32,000 bases of DNA from Nitratidesulfovibrio vulgaris str. Hildenborough. Its GTDB lineage: Bacteria > Desulfobacterota > Desulfovibrionia > Desulfovibrionales > Desulfovibrionaceae. The stretch lies in assembly GCF_000195755.1 (NCBI RefSeq), contig NC_002937.3:3210001-3242000 (forward strand). The letters run 5' to 3'. The notes beneath the pieces are model-generated. The model saw only the letters and a program-made list of their open reading frames with translations, ran no database searches and was not told the origin of the DNA. Below, in pieces: positions 16,516-24,150 of this stretch (position 1 is its first letter; each line of letters begins with the position of its first letter). A program made the translations under genes and the position numbers.

Positions 16516-16902
16516 TCAGGCCCGCCGCTCCCAAAGCTTCATATCTTTCATCTTTTTGCGGCGCTCGCGCTGCAAGCCCTTGCATACCAGCGGCGTACCC
16601 TTCTTGTAACCGCACTTCTCGCGGTAGGTCTCCGGAGTCAGACCATGGGTTGCAAGATGCTTTTTGCTAATAAGCTTGAACACCTTGCCGCATTCGACAC
16701 AGGTGATGGACTTTTCCTTGATGGCCTTGCGAGGGTCGATGGCGACCTGCTCATCTTCCGCTTCGGGGGTAATGCCCGCGCTGATGTTGCGGATGCCTTC
16801 GGCAAGCCGATGCACCATGGCAAGCATATCATCTTCGGTCATGGTGCGAACGCTGGCCTGCGCCTTGACAATGCCCAAGGCCTCTTTCAACAGATCATCC
16901 AT
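16516..16902 (-). CDS. MucR/Ros-family zinc-finger transcriptional regulator (paralogue 2).
   Basis: 128-aa ORF, MDDLLKEALGIVKAQASVRTMTED...KEKSITCVECGKVFKLISKKHLATH...LQRERRKKMKDMKLWERRA. By hand alignment it is roughly two-thirds identical to the protein at 12373-12771. Confidence 0.85.
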   Translation of the reverse strand: MDDLLKEALGIVKAQASVRTMTEDDMLAMVHRLAEGIRNISAGITPEAEDEQVAIDPRKAIKEKSITCVECGKVFKLISKKHLATHGLTPETYREKCGYKKGTPLVCKGLQRERRKKMKDMKLWERRA

Positions 16903-16938
16903 GCTGTACCTCGTGGTCTTGAGTGTATCTCAACATTT

Positions 16939-16950
16939 GTTTAATTAAAC
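16939..16950. promoter_or_regulatory. Perfect 12-nt AT-rich palindrome GTTTAATTAAAC upstream of MucR paralogue 2. Candidate (auto)regulatory site.
   Basis: The sequence is self-complementary when read directly. It lies about 37 nt upstream of the ATG at 16902, in the divergent spacer shared with the 81-aa ORF/cbiA unit. It is the most AT-rich dodecamer I noticed in this neighbourhood. Confidence 0.3.
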
Positions 16951-17073
16951 TACGCTAACGCTCCACTGCGCGTCAACAGTGCAGACGGCCATGATGCGAC
17001 TCGCCCATGAGCCGTGTATGGACCTCACAGGTAAAAGCCCTTACGATACCCCATCCCACAGCAGGAGACCCCC

Positions 17074-17319
17074 ATGAAGTACATCATATTCGAGGACTTC
17101 GCCGGACACCCCGAGCCATTTCTCTTTCCCCGCCGGGTCGACCACGGCGACATGCGCGAACAGTTGCCCTACGCCAAGGTACTCTCGGCAGGGTATGTGC
17201 ACTTTTCCGGAGGGGTTTTCACCTGTCATGGCGGCTCGGCAGAACTCGACACCGTAGCACGCCCCGAGGATGCCGACATCATCGCCACGCGCCTTGCCCC
17301 CCGTGACACAGGTGTCTGA
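17074..17319 (+). CDS. Hypothetical 81-aa protein.
   Basis: The ATG is preceded by GGAGA (caGGAGAcccccATG). Third codon positions are GC-rich. I recognise no family. Its 3' end overlaps the longest version of the cbiA ORF. Confidence 0.45.
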   Translation: MKYIIFEDFAGHPEPFLFPRRVDHGDMREQLPYAKVLSAGYVHFSGGVFTCHGGSAELDTVARPEDADIIATRLAPRDTGV

Positions 17320-19135
17320 AGCGCGACCCAGCATAGCCCCGGCGCATGCCTGCATAGTGGCGGGAACCCACAGCGGTTGCGGCAAGACCACCATCACCCT
17401 CGGCCTCATGGCGGCACTGTCGCGCCGTGGGCATGTGGTGCAGCCCTACAAGGCAGGGCCGGACTTCATCGACCCCGGGCATCATACCGCCGCCACAGGC
17501 CGCCCCTCCATCAACCTCGACGGCTGGATGTGCGGCCCGCAAGGGGTGCGGGTGGCCTTTGCACGTGGCCTTCACGCCTCCGGGGCACGACCGTGGCCCC
17601 ATGACCTTTTCAGCCGTCCGTCAGACGGCAACGCGCCCCCTGCATCCCACACGACGTGGGAACACATATGGACTGCATTGGGCCATCCACCCGGCAACCC
17701 CGCGCCGCTTCTGCGTCATGAAGGCGGCACCGTCATGGTAGCCACTCATGCCGCCCCGGCATGTGGCGTGCCCTCCCTCGCGAATCCCCCATCGGCGCAC
17801 GGGCACACCGTCCCCGACATCGCCATCATCGAGGGTGTCATGGGCCTGCATGACGGTGCCAGCGCCACCACATGCACAGGTTCGACCGCTGAACTGGCCC
17901 TGTTGCTCGACCTGCCCGTGGTGCTCGTCATACGCGCAAGGGGCATGGCCCGGTCCGCAGCCGCCATGGCGATGGGTTATGCGGCCCTCGAACCCGGTCT
18001 GCGCATCGCGGGCGTCATCTGCAACGAAGTGGGCGGCCCCGGACACCGGGAGATGCTGCGTGACGCCCTCGCCCATCATTGCCCCGCCATGCCGCTACTC
18101 GGCATGGTGCCAAGAGACGCATCCCTCGGGACACCGTCACGCCACCTCGGACTGGCACTCGCCGGCGAACGCGATGAGACGACGTTTCTTGCCGGACTCG
18201 CGGACACCATCGAGCAACACGTCGACATCGACGCCCTGCTGAAAGCCATCACGCCCGTAGCACCAGTGAGGATGGACTCAGCCATCCCGCAGGCCTGCCC
18301 CCCAGTGGCAGCCCCCGCGGCGCCCTCGCACATGATGTCCGGTGATCCCCTGCGGCATGTTTCCGGCACACCCCATCTTGCAGCACCCGGCACGACCATA
18401 ACGGACGTAGCGGAAACACCGGATGCGGCGGGACCATCGGAAACCTCTGCCACAGCAGCCCCCGCACCTGCCGCAGGCCCCCCGGTCATCGCCGTCGTAT
18501 CGCGTGTCCCCGTGGCCGTGGCCCGTGACGAGGCCTTCAGCTTTCTCTACGCCGAGAATCTCGCCCTGCTGTTTGCAGCGGGCATGGACGTGCGTTTCTT
18601 CTCGCCCCTTGCGGACACTTCGCTGCCGGAAGGGGTGCGGGGCGTTCTACTTCCCGGCGGGTACCCCGAGTTGCATGCCAAACGGCTGGCTGCCAACCAC
18701 GCCATGCGCACAGCCCTGCGCGATTTCGCCGCGACGGGCCAACCCGTGCATGGCGAATGCGGCGGCTACATGTACCTCATGGACATGCTCGAAACATCCG
18801 AAGGCTCCTTTCCCATGAGCGGTTGCCTGCCCCTCCGATGCCGCATGGACGCTCGCCTGCGGGCACTCGGCTACCGCGAGGCGACCCTGCTGGACGACGC
18901 GGCCTTCGGCAGCGCAGGCACGACACTGCGCGGGCACGAATACCATTACTCCCACCTCGTGGACGCCCCCGCAGCACACACGGGGCTGACCCCCCTGTGG
19001 CAAGTGCGCGACCGCCGCGGTCGTGACATGGGCACCGAGGGCTGGTGCTGCCGCGCCATCACCGGCTCATACATCCATCTGCATCTCGCATCGAACCTCT
19101 CTGCGGCGCACGCCTTCGTCGCCGCCTGCGCATAG
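17270..19135 (+). CDS. cbiA: Cobyrinate a,c-diamide synthase (CbiA/CobB). Unusually long because of two Pro/Ala/His-rich insertions. The start codon is uncertain (ATG 17270, GTG 17303 or GTG 17312).
   Basis: N-terminal ATPase motifs IVAGTHSGCGKTTITLGLMAAL, YKAGPDFIDPGHH, IIEGVMGLHDG and ICNEVGGPGH. C-terminal GATase part VAVARDEAFSFLYAENL...LLPGGYPELHA...HGECGGYMYL...GHEYHYS. Confidence 0.85.
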   Translation: MPTSSPRALPPVTQVSEARPSIAPAHACIVAGTHSGCGKTTITLGLMAALSRRGHVVQPYKAGPDFIDPGHHTAATGRPSINLDGWMCGPQGVRVAFARGLHASGARPWPHDLFSRPSDGNAPPASHTTWEHIWTALGHPPGNPAPLLRHEGGTVMVATHAAPACGVPSLANPPSAHGHTVPDIAIIEGVMGLHDGASATTCTGSTAELALLLDLPVVLVIRARGMARSAAAMAMGYAALEPGLRIAGVICNEVGGPGHREMLRDALAHHCPAMPLLGMVPRDASLGTPSRHLGLALAGERDETTFLAGLADTIEQHVDIDALLKAITPVAPVRMDSAIPQACPPVAAPAAPSHMMSGDPLRHVSGTPHLAAPGTTITDVAETPDAAGPSETSATAAPAPAAGPPVIAVVSRVPVAVARDEAFSFLYAENLALLFAAGMDVRFFSPLADTSLPEGVRGVLLPGGYPELHAKRLAANHAMRTALRDFAATGQPVHGECGGYMYLMDMLETSEGSFPMSGCLPLRCRMDARLRALGYREATLLDDAAFGSAGTTLRGHEYHYSHLVDAPAAHTGLTPLWQVRDRRGRDMGTEGWCCRAITGSYIHLHLASNLSAAHAFVAACA

Positions 19136-19143
19136 GACCCGCC

Positions 19144-19785
19144 ATGCCCACAAGACTGCAACCATGTTTCGCCCCTGACGAGATTGAAGCGCGTTCGTTC
19201 GCCATCATCGACGCCGAGGCGGGAGACTCCAAACCCTTTACCGGACGACTGTGGCATGTGGCGCGCCGCCTTGTGCACACCTGCGCCGACTTCGACATCC
19301 TGCCCGACCTCGTTCTGGACGGCGCGGGGGTCGACGCGGGCATCGCTGCCATCCGGGCGGGGGCATCCATCTTCACCGACACCGAGATGGCCCGCTGCGG
19401 CATGGTGGCGCGCCGCTTCGCCCCCTTCGGGTGCACCGTCGAGAGCCTCATATCGCTCCCGGGCGTGGCGGAAAGGGCCCGCAGCACAGGTTCGACACGC
19501 TCCGCCGCTGCGGTCGCACTGGCTGGAGAACGCCTCGGCGGGGCCATCGTGGCCATCGGCAACGCCCCCACGGCGGTGCTGGCGCTGATCGACCACCTCG
19601 ACAGGGGCGGCCCCGCACCGGCGCTGGTGGTGGGCATGCCCGTGGGCTTCGTCAACGCGGCAGAGTCGAAGGAACTGCTGCTTGAGCGTTGTCCCGTACC
19701 GCATATCGTCCTGCGCGGACGCAAGGGCGGGTCGACGCTGGCTGCCGCCACGGTCAACGCCCTCGCCATCCTCGCCGCAGAATGA
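19144..19785 (+). CDS. cbiC: Precorrin-8X / cobalt-precorrin-8 methylmutase (CbiC/CobH).
   Basis: Start at ATG 19144 (MPTRLQP), 8 nt after the cbiA stop. Family-typical blocks are IEARSFAIID, RLVHTCADFD, IFTDTEMARCG, VAIGNAPTAVLALID and VVGMPVGFVNAAESKELL. Confidence 0.85.
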   Translation: MPTRLQPCFAPDEIEARSFAIIDAEAGDSKPFTGRLWHVARRLVHTCADFDILPDLVLDGAGVDAGIAAIRAGASIFTDTEMARCGMVARRFAPFGCTVESLISLPGVAERARSTGSTRSAAAVALAGERLGGAIVAIGNAPTAVLALIDHLDRGGPAPALVVGMPVGFVNAAESKELLLERCPVPHIVLRGRKGGSTLAAATVNALAILAAE

Positions 19786-19893
19786 TAATTGAGCCGCTTG
19801 CGTGCCCCCCATCGCGTTTGTTAGTTTGACGCCCACGTCCCTCGCCGGACGCCCCACATACATGCCCGCCCAGTGCGGGCCCCAGAGGAATAC

Positions 19894-21627
19894 ATGACCC
19901 AAGAACCGAACATGCCCGAAGACGCCGTCGCGCCCGAAGAAGACAGGGCCGCGCGCGTCGCGGCAGAGATAACCGGTATCGACGAGCCCGAAGACGCCCT
20001 GCCTTCAGTACAGTTTGCCGACCTCGCGCCGCGGCTGCAGGAGGCCTGCATCCGCGCGGGCTGGCAGAGTCTCATGCCCGTTCAGGCCCACGCCCTGCCC
20101 TATCTCTTCGACGGACGCGACCTCATGGTGCAGTCGCGCACCGGCAGCGGCAAGACAGGGGCCTTTCTGCTTCCCCTTCTCGAACGTCTCGACCCCGCCG
20201 AAGCCTCCACACAGGCACTGGTGCTGGTGCCCACCCGCGAACTCGCCCTTCAGGTCGAACACGAGGCCCGCACCCTCTTCGAGGGCACGGGACTGCGCGT
20301 TGCCGCCGTCTATGGCGGCGTCGGCTACGGCAAACAGAATGACGCACTGCGCGAAGGCGCCCACTTCGTGGTCGGCACACCGGGTCGCGTACTCGACCAC
20401 CTGCTGCGTCGTACCATGCAGCTGGACAGGCTGCGCGCCCTGACGTTCGACGAAGCCGACAGGATGCTCTCCATCGGCTTCTATCCTGACATGAAGGAGA
20501 TACAGCGGTACCTGCCCAAGCGGCGCATCGCCACCTGCCTGTTCTCCGCCACGTACCCGCCGCACGTCCTGAACCTTGCCGGTGAGTTCCTGCGCGAACC
20601 GCAGATGCTGAGCCTCAGCCACTCGCAGGTGCATGTGGCGCAGACGCAGCACATGTTCTGCGAATCGAAGCCGATGGACAAGGACAGGGCCCTCATCCGC
20701 CTGCTGGAGATAGAGAATCCCTCTTCCGCCATCATCTTCTGCAACACCAAGGCCAACGTCCACTACATCACGGCGGTGCTTCAGGGCTTCGGCTACAACG
20801 CCGATGAGCTTTCGGCAGACCTTTCGCAGTCGAAGCGCGAGCAGGTGCTCGAACGCCTTCGCAACAACGAGGTGCGCTTCCTCGTGGCGACAGATGTAGC
20901 GGCGCGCGGCATCGACATACCCGCCCTTTCGCACGTCATCCTCTACGAACCGCCCGAAGACCGCGAATCATACATCCACCGTGCCGGTCGCACGGGTCGC
21001 GCGGGTGCCGTGGGCACGGTCATATCCCTCGTCGACATCATGCAGAAGCTCGAACTGCAACGCATCGCACGGCATTACCGCATGGACATCGCCCATCGGC
21101 CCACGCCGCAGGACGAGGACGTGGCGCGCGTGGTGGGCGACAGGCTGACAGCCCTCCTTGAAGGGGCCTACCGCCAGTGCACCGGGTTGCAGCGTGAGCG
21201 CATCCAGCGCTTCACCGACGTGGCACGCACCCTCGCCGCCGACGAGGAGCAGGTCGTGCTGCTCGCCATGCTGCTTGACGAGAAGTACCAGCAGAGCCTC
21301 CACGCCATGCCACCGCGCCCCAGACCGCAGCGTGCATCGGCAAGCCGCGCCGTTGACAGCGAAAGCGATACGGCCCCAAGACGCCGCAGCAGGGGCAGGA
21401 GAGACGACGAAGGCAGCACCGGAGGCGACGAGCGGAAAACCGCGCCCCGGACGGCACCCTCCCGCACCACGGCAGGGGCAGAGGGCGCATCCGCCCACGA
21501 GGACACCGGTGCAGGCAACATGCAGACCGCACAGGATGGCGACGAACAGCGCACGCCCCGCAAACGGCGGCGTCCGCGCAGGCGCAAGCCTACCGGTGGC
21601 GACAACGGCACCTCCCATGACGCCTGA
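19894..21627 (+). CDS. DEAD-box ATP-dependent RNA helicase with an Arg-rich low-complexity C-terminal tail.
   Basis: Start chosen at ATG 19894 (GAGG 5 nt upstream) rather than GTG 19873. Motifs seen: Q (F..L...L.......G....PVQ), I SRTGSGKT, Ia PTRELA, II DEAD, III SAT, V ARGID, VI HRAGRTGRAG. The tail contains RRRSRGRRDD...PRKRRRPRRRKP. Confidence 0.9.
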   Translation: MTQEPNMPEDAVAPEEDRAARVAAEITGIDEPEDALPSVQFADLAPRLQEACIRAGWQSLMPVQAHALPYLFDGRDLMVQSRTGSGKTGAFLLPLLERLDPAEASTQALVLVPTRELALQVEHEARTLFEGTGLRVAAVYGGVGYGKQNDALREGAHFVVGTPGRVLDHLLRRTMQLDRLRALTFDEADRMLSIGFYPDMKEIQRYLPKRRIATCLFSATYPPHVLNLAGEFLREPQMLSLSHSQVHVAQTQHMFCESKPMDKDRALIRLLEIENPSSAIIFCNTKANVHYITAVLQGFGYNADELSADLSQSKREQVLERLRNNEVRFLVATDVAARGIDIPALSHVILYEPPEDRESYIHRAGRTGRAGAVGTVISLVDIMQKLELQRIARHYRMDIAHRPTPQDEDVARVVGDRLTALLEGAYRQCTGLQRERIQRFTDVARTLAADEEQVVLLAMLLDEKYQQSLHAMPPRPRPQRASASRAVDSESDTAPRRRSRGRRDDEGSTGGDERKTAPRTAPSRTTAGAEGASAHEDTGAGNMQTAQDGDEQRTPRKRRRPRRRKPTGGDNGTSHDA

Positions 21628-22102
21628 GACGGAACGCACTCCCGGTAACGCACTCCCCTATTCCAGCGACGAGGTCATCGGCAACTTCGAAGCCTTGCTT
21701 GCAAGCTTCGACTTCACGCCCGACCTCGACGCCATGGGCATAGGGAAGATGCAACTCTTCCGCAGACGCAGGGCACTTTTCGAATTGCGCGCCCTGTTCG
21801 TTGCGCTGTGGCGTATCGCCCTTGACAAGTCACTCCCGGGCGAAGGCGAACTCGTCTTCGAGATGTTCCTCTCCCGCTACGAGGACAGGCATCGCAAGGG
21901 CAAGCAGACGCGCCAGACGCTGGAGAGGGTACGGCAATACGTCGACCTGCTGCTGGTCAAGCGCGATACCGACTTCACCGAGGTCGCAAGCCACCTCGTG
22001 TCGTTCCTCACGCTTGGCGAGGCCGAGGCCAAGGCGTTACGGCTGCGCCTCACCCTGCATATACGCAGCACCTACAACCTCATCTTCGCGAAGTTGTTGT
22101 AG
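21617..22102 (+). CDS. Hypothetical 161-aa, predicted all-helical protein. It overlaps the helicase stop by 11 nt.
   Basis: ATG 21617 (MTPETERTPGN...) is in the frame of the 314-aa track ORF. The upstream part of that ORF is the alternate frame of the helicase tail. The coding part has GC-rich third positions and is followed by a clean terminator. I recognise no family. Confidence 0.55.
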   Translation: MTPETERTPGNALPYSSDEVIGNFEALLASFDFTPDLDAMGIGKMQLFRRRRALFELRALFVALWRIALDKSLPGEGELVFEMFLSRYEDRHRKGKQTRQTLERVRQYVDLLLVKRDTDFTEVASHLVSFLTLGEAEAKALRLRLTLHIRSTYNLIFAKLL

Positions 22103-22146
22103 CCGAAGGCTGCCCGCCGCGTCTTCAACCACACACGTCATGGACA

Positions 22147-22176
22147 GGGGTGGAGCATCGTCTCCGCCCCTTTTCT
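22147..22176 (+). terminator. Rho-independent terminator of the helicase/161-aa ORF unit.
   Basis: GGGGTGGAG-catcgt-CTCCGCCCC (a 9-bp stem with one G-U pair) is followed by TTTTCT. It lies 45 nt after the stop at 22102. Confidence 0.7.
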
Positions 22177-22267
22177 GTCGCAGGCGACAGCAAAGACGTC
22201 GTACCCGTACCGTCGGGGGACACCGCCACAACGCCCGGGATGGTTCCCTGTGGCGGCCCCGTCGGCC

Positions 22268-22333
22268 CCCCTGTAGCGCCCCTGTAGCGCCCCTGTCGCA
22301 CCCCTGTCGCGCCCCTGTCGCGCCCCTGTCGCG
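22268..22333. repeat. 11-bp tandem repeat x6 (CCCCTGTAGCG x2, CCCCTGTCGCA, CCCCTGTCGCG x3).
   Basis: Read directly. It lies between the two terminators of the convergent genes. Confidence 0.85.
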
Positions 22334-22394
22334 CCCCCTCTGGCATCGCAGTCGCCACGGCACGCAGCCCCTGGTTACACAGCCCTGCAATACC

Positions 22395-22427
22395 AAACGG
22401 GCCGCAGGGTATGCCTGCGGCCCGTTT
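22395..22427 (-). terminator. Perfect 14-bp hairpin. Likely terminator of the FadL-family gene, possibly bidirectional.
   Basis: AAACGGGCCGCAGG-gtatg-CCTGCGGCCCGTTT. On the minus strand the stem ends in TTT and is followed by GGTATTG. Confidence 0.6.
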
Positions 22428-22586
22428 CAACGCAGTGGTCACCCCGCTTCATGGGGCTACGGTCTTCTGCGCCTGCGCGCCCCGTGTCTTCCGGGGCCGT
22501 ATGACGGGCGGAGTGTTCCTCGCCATCCCCGCACCCGGCAGGCTGACCGTACACCTACGCGCACTGGCGATGGTCAGCGTCCGGCA

Positions 22587-23792
22587 TCAGAACTCCCACG
22601 CCGCGCTCATGCCCAGCAGATGGGCATAGCCGTCGTGGAAGCGCACGGGCACGTTGCCGCCCGCCGTATGCACCTCGCCCTCACGGTCGGTGATGAGCAG
22701 GTAGGTGTACGAAAGATCAACGCGCCACGGCCCTTCGTGGTAGCCCACGCCAAGGCTCATGAGGTGACGGTCGTTGGCAGGGACCATGAAGTCGAGATGC
22801 GCCGAATTGACCGGTTCCTCGTCATAGACATAGCCCGCGCGCAAGTCGACGTTGTCGGTGAGACGGTACTCGGCACCGGCGCTCAGACGCCACACGTCCT
22901 CCCACTCCGTCTGCTTGATGGAGGCAGGCTTTCCGCCCACGGGTGAACCGTAGTCGATGCGCAACTCGTCATAACTGCTCCAGAAGGTGCGCATGGCCCC
23001 CACCTCGACACCAAGGCGCTCGGTGGCCTGCCAATAGACGCCGAAACGCACCTCGCCGGGCAGCGTGATGTCGCCTTCGGCGTCGGTGTCCCTGAACAGC
23101 GGGCCGTATCCGGCGGGGACGTTGTCGAACGTGGCGCGCCCCTTGACGTGCTGCTTCACCGGTGTGCGGAAGCTGGCACCGAGGGCGATATCTTCGAATG
23201 CCTGCCACCACATGCCACCATTCAGGCCAAAACCGGTGCTGTCGCCCTTGATGCGGGCATCCATGCCCAACGGGCGCATCTTTTCCTCGAAGTCGAAGTA
23301 CATGGCCTCCACGCCGAAGCCGAAGGCGAAGTCCTTCGTCGGTCTGAAGCCAAGCACCGGGTTCACCGACACCGACTGGATGCCCACGTAGGTGAGTTCA
23401 GAAGCCATGGGCCACGTCTTCGAGTACTCGTTGCCGAGGCCGAAGCGGGGGAACGCCCCTACGCCGAAATACATGGTGTCGGTGAGGGGCGTCGTGGCGT
23501 AGGCATGGGGGATGGCCCACACGTTGGCCTCGGTGGTCGTCGATTCACCGGGTGTGTCTATGGTCACCTCGGGCTGCACCATGGTGACGCCGGCAAGCAC
23601 CTGCGGCGTATCAAGATGCGTGACGAGGGCGGGGTTGAATGCGATAGAAGACGGGTCGGTGGCGGGTCGCGCCACCATGGCACCGCCAAGGGCGTTGCCC
23701 CTCGCCCCGAATTCATGCATGGCGAAACCTGCCGCATGGGCCGATGCCGCCCAGACGGCGCACAGCGCCACGGCAATGATGAAACGGTACAC
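22587..23792 (-). CDS. FadL/OMPP1/TodX-family outer membrane channel for hydrophobic compounds.
   Basis: Start chosen at GTG (complement of 23790-23792) because AGGAGGAGGAAGC precedes it. This gives (M)YRFIIAVALCAVWAASAHA, a clean signal peptide. The mature N-terminus AGFAMHEFGARGNALGGAMVARPATDPSSIAFNPALV is typical of the FadL family. Alternating beta-strand patterns follow, ending in the C-terminal AAWEF. The upstream 140 aa of the track ORF look non-coding. Confidence 0.8.
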   Translation of the reverse strand: MYRFIIAVALCAVWAASAHAAGFAMHEFGARGNALGGAMVARPATDPSSIAFNPALVTHLDTPQVLAGVTMVQPEVTIDTPGESTTTEANVWAIPHAYATTPLTDTMYFGVGAFPRFGLGNEYSKTWPMASELTYVGIQSVSVNPVLGFRPTKDFAFGFGVEAMYFDFEEKMRPLGMDARIKGDSTGFGLNGGMWWQAFEDIALGASFRTPVKQHVKGRATFDNVPAGYGPLFRDTDAEGDITLPGEVRFGVYWQATERLGVEVGAMRTFWSSYDELRIDYGSPVGGKPASIKQTEWEDVWRLSAGAEYRLTDNVDLRAGYVYDEEPVNSAHLDFMVPANDRHLMSLGVGYHEGPWRVDLSYTYLLITDREGEVHTAGGNVPVRFHDGYAHLLGMSAAWEF

Positions 23793-24103
23793 GCTTCCTC
23801 CTCCTGAAGCATCGGCCATGCCGATGATGTACGAAAAAGCCGGAGCAGTCCGGCGACAAGCGTCGACGTGGCTTCGGACGCCACGTTCTGCAACGCGGGC
23901 ACACAAGGCGACATGTCTGCGTCTGATATCGACGCAACAGCAAAGACGATGACGACCGGACGAACTGAAAGCGCCCGATGCCATGCCAACGGGATGCAGC
24001 ACGAAGGCAATGGTCGCAGATGGCACGATGCGGAGGCCATCGTCTGCATGGGTCTCAGGCCAGCAGCGGCAACGCGTCCCACGAATAGCGGCACTGCTGC
24101 TGG

Positions 24104-24150
24104 TTCCGACCGCTGTTTGCAGACCGAAGATTGCCGACCGCTGTATGTAG
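24104..24150. repeat. Direct repeat of about 19 bp x2 (TTCCGACCGCTGTTTGCAG / TTGCCGACCGCTGTATGTAG). It lies in the divergent promoter region between the FadL-family and flavoprotein genes.
   Basis: Read directly. The copies start 27 bp apart. Confidence 0.6.

Noticed and set aside
16950-17073. Possible cobalamin riboswitch upstream of the 81-aa ORF/cbiA/cbiC unit. The fragments CCACTG, GGTAAAAGCCC and GGAGACC loosely recall riboswitch elements.
   Set aside because: The elements are in the wrong order relative to the riboswitch consensus as I remember it (GGTG.AA.TCC, then GCCACTG, then the B12 box). The region is only about 125 nt, the AGGGAA element is absent, and GGAGACC is better explained as the SD. 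A covariance-model scan (Rfam RF00174) would settle it.
18946-20934. Two long minus-strand ORFs (318 aa at 18946-19902 and 309 aa at 20005-20934).
   Set aside because: They are antisense to cbiA/cbiC and to the DEAD-box helicase, all of which carry complete family motifs. These are shadow ORFs typical of GC-rich DNA.
22268-22333. Whether the tandem repeats here, and those at 7431, 9815 and 13938, could be CRISPR arrays.
   Set aside because: The units are only 10-15 bp and are directly abutting with no spacers. No cas genes are present. They are simple tandem repeats.
21801-22946. 381-aa + strand ORF spanning the end of the 161-aa gene, both terminators, the 11-bp repeat array and the 3' end of the FadL gene.
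   Set aside because: It reads through two terminator hairpins and a tandem repeat (translated as repetitive APVAPLS). It is out of frame or antisense to supported genes.
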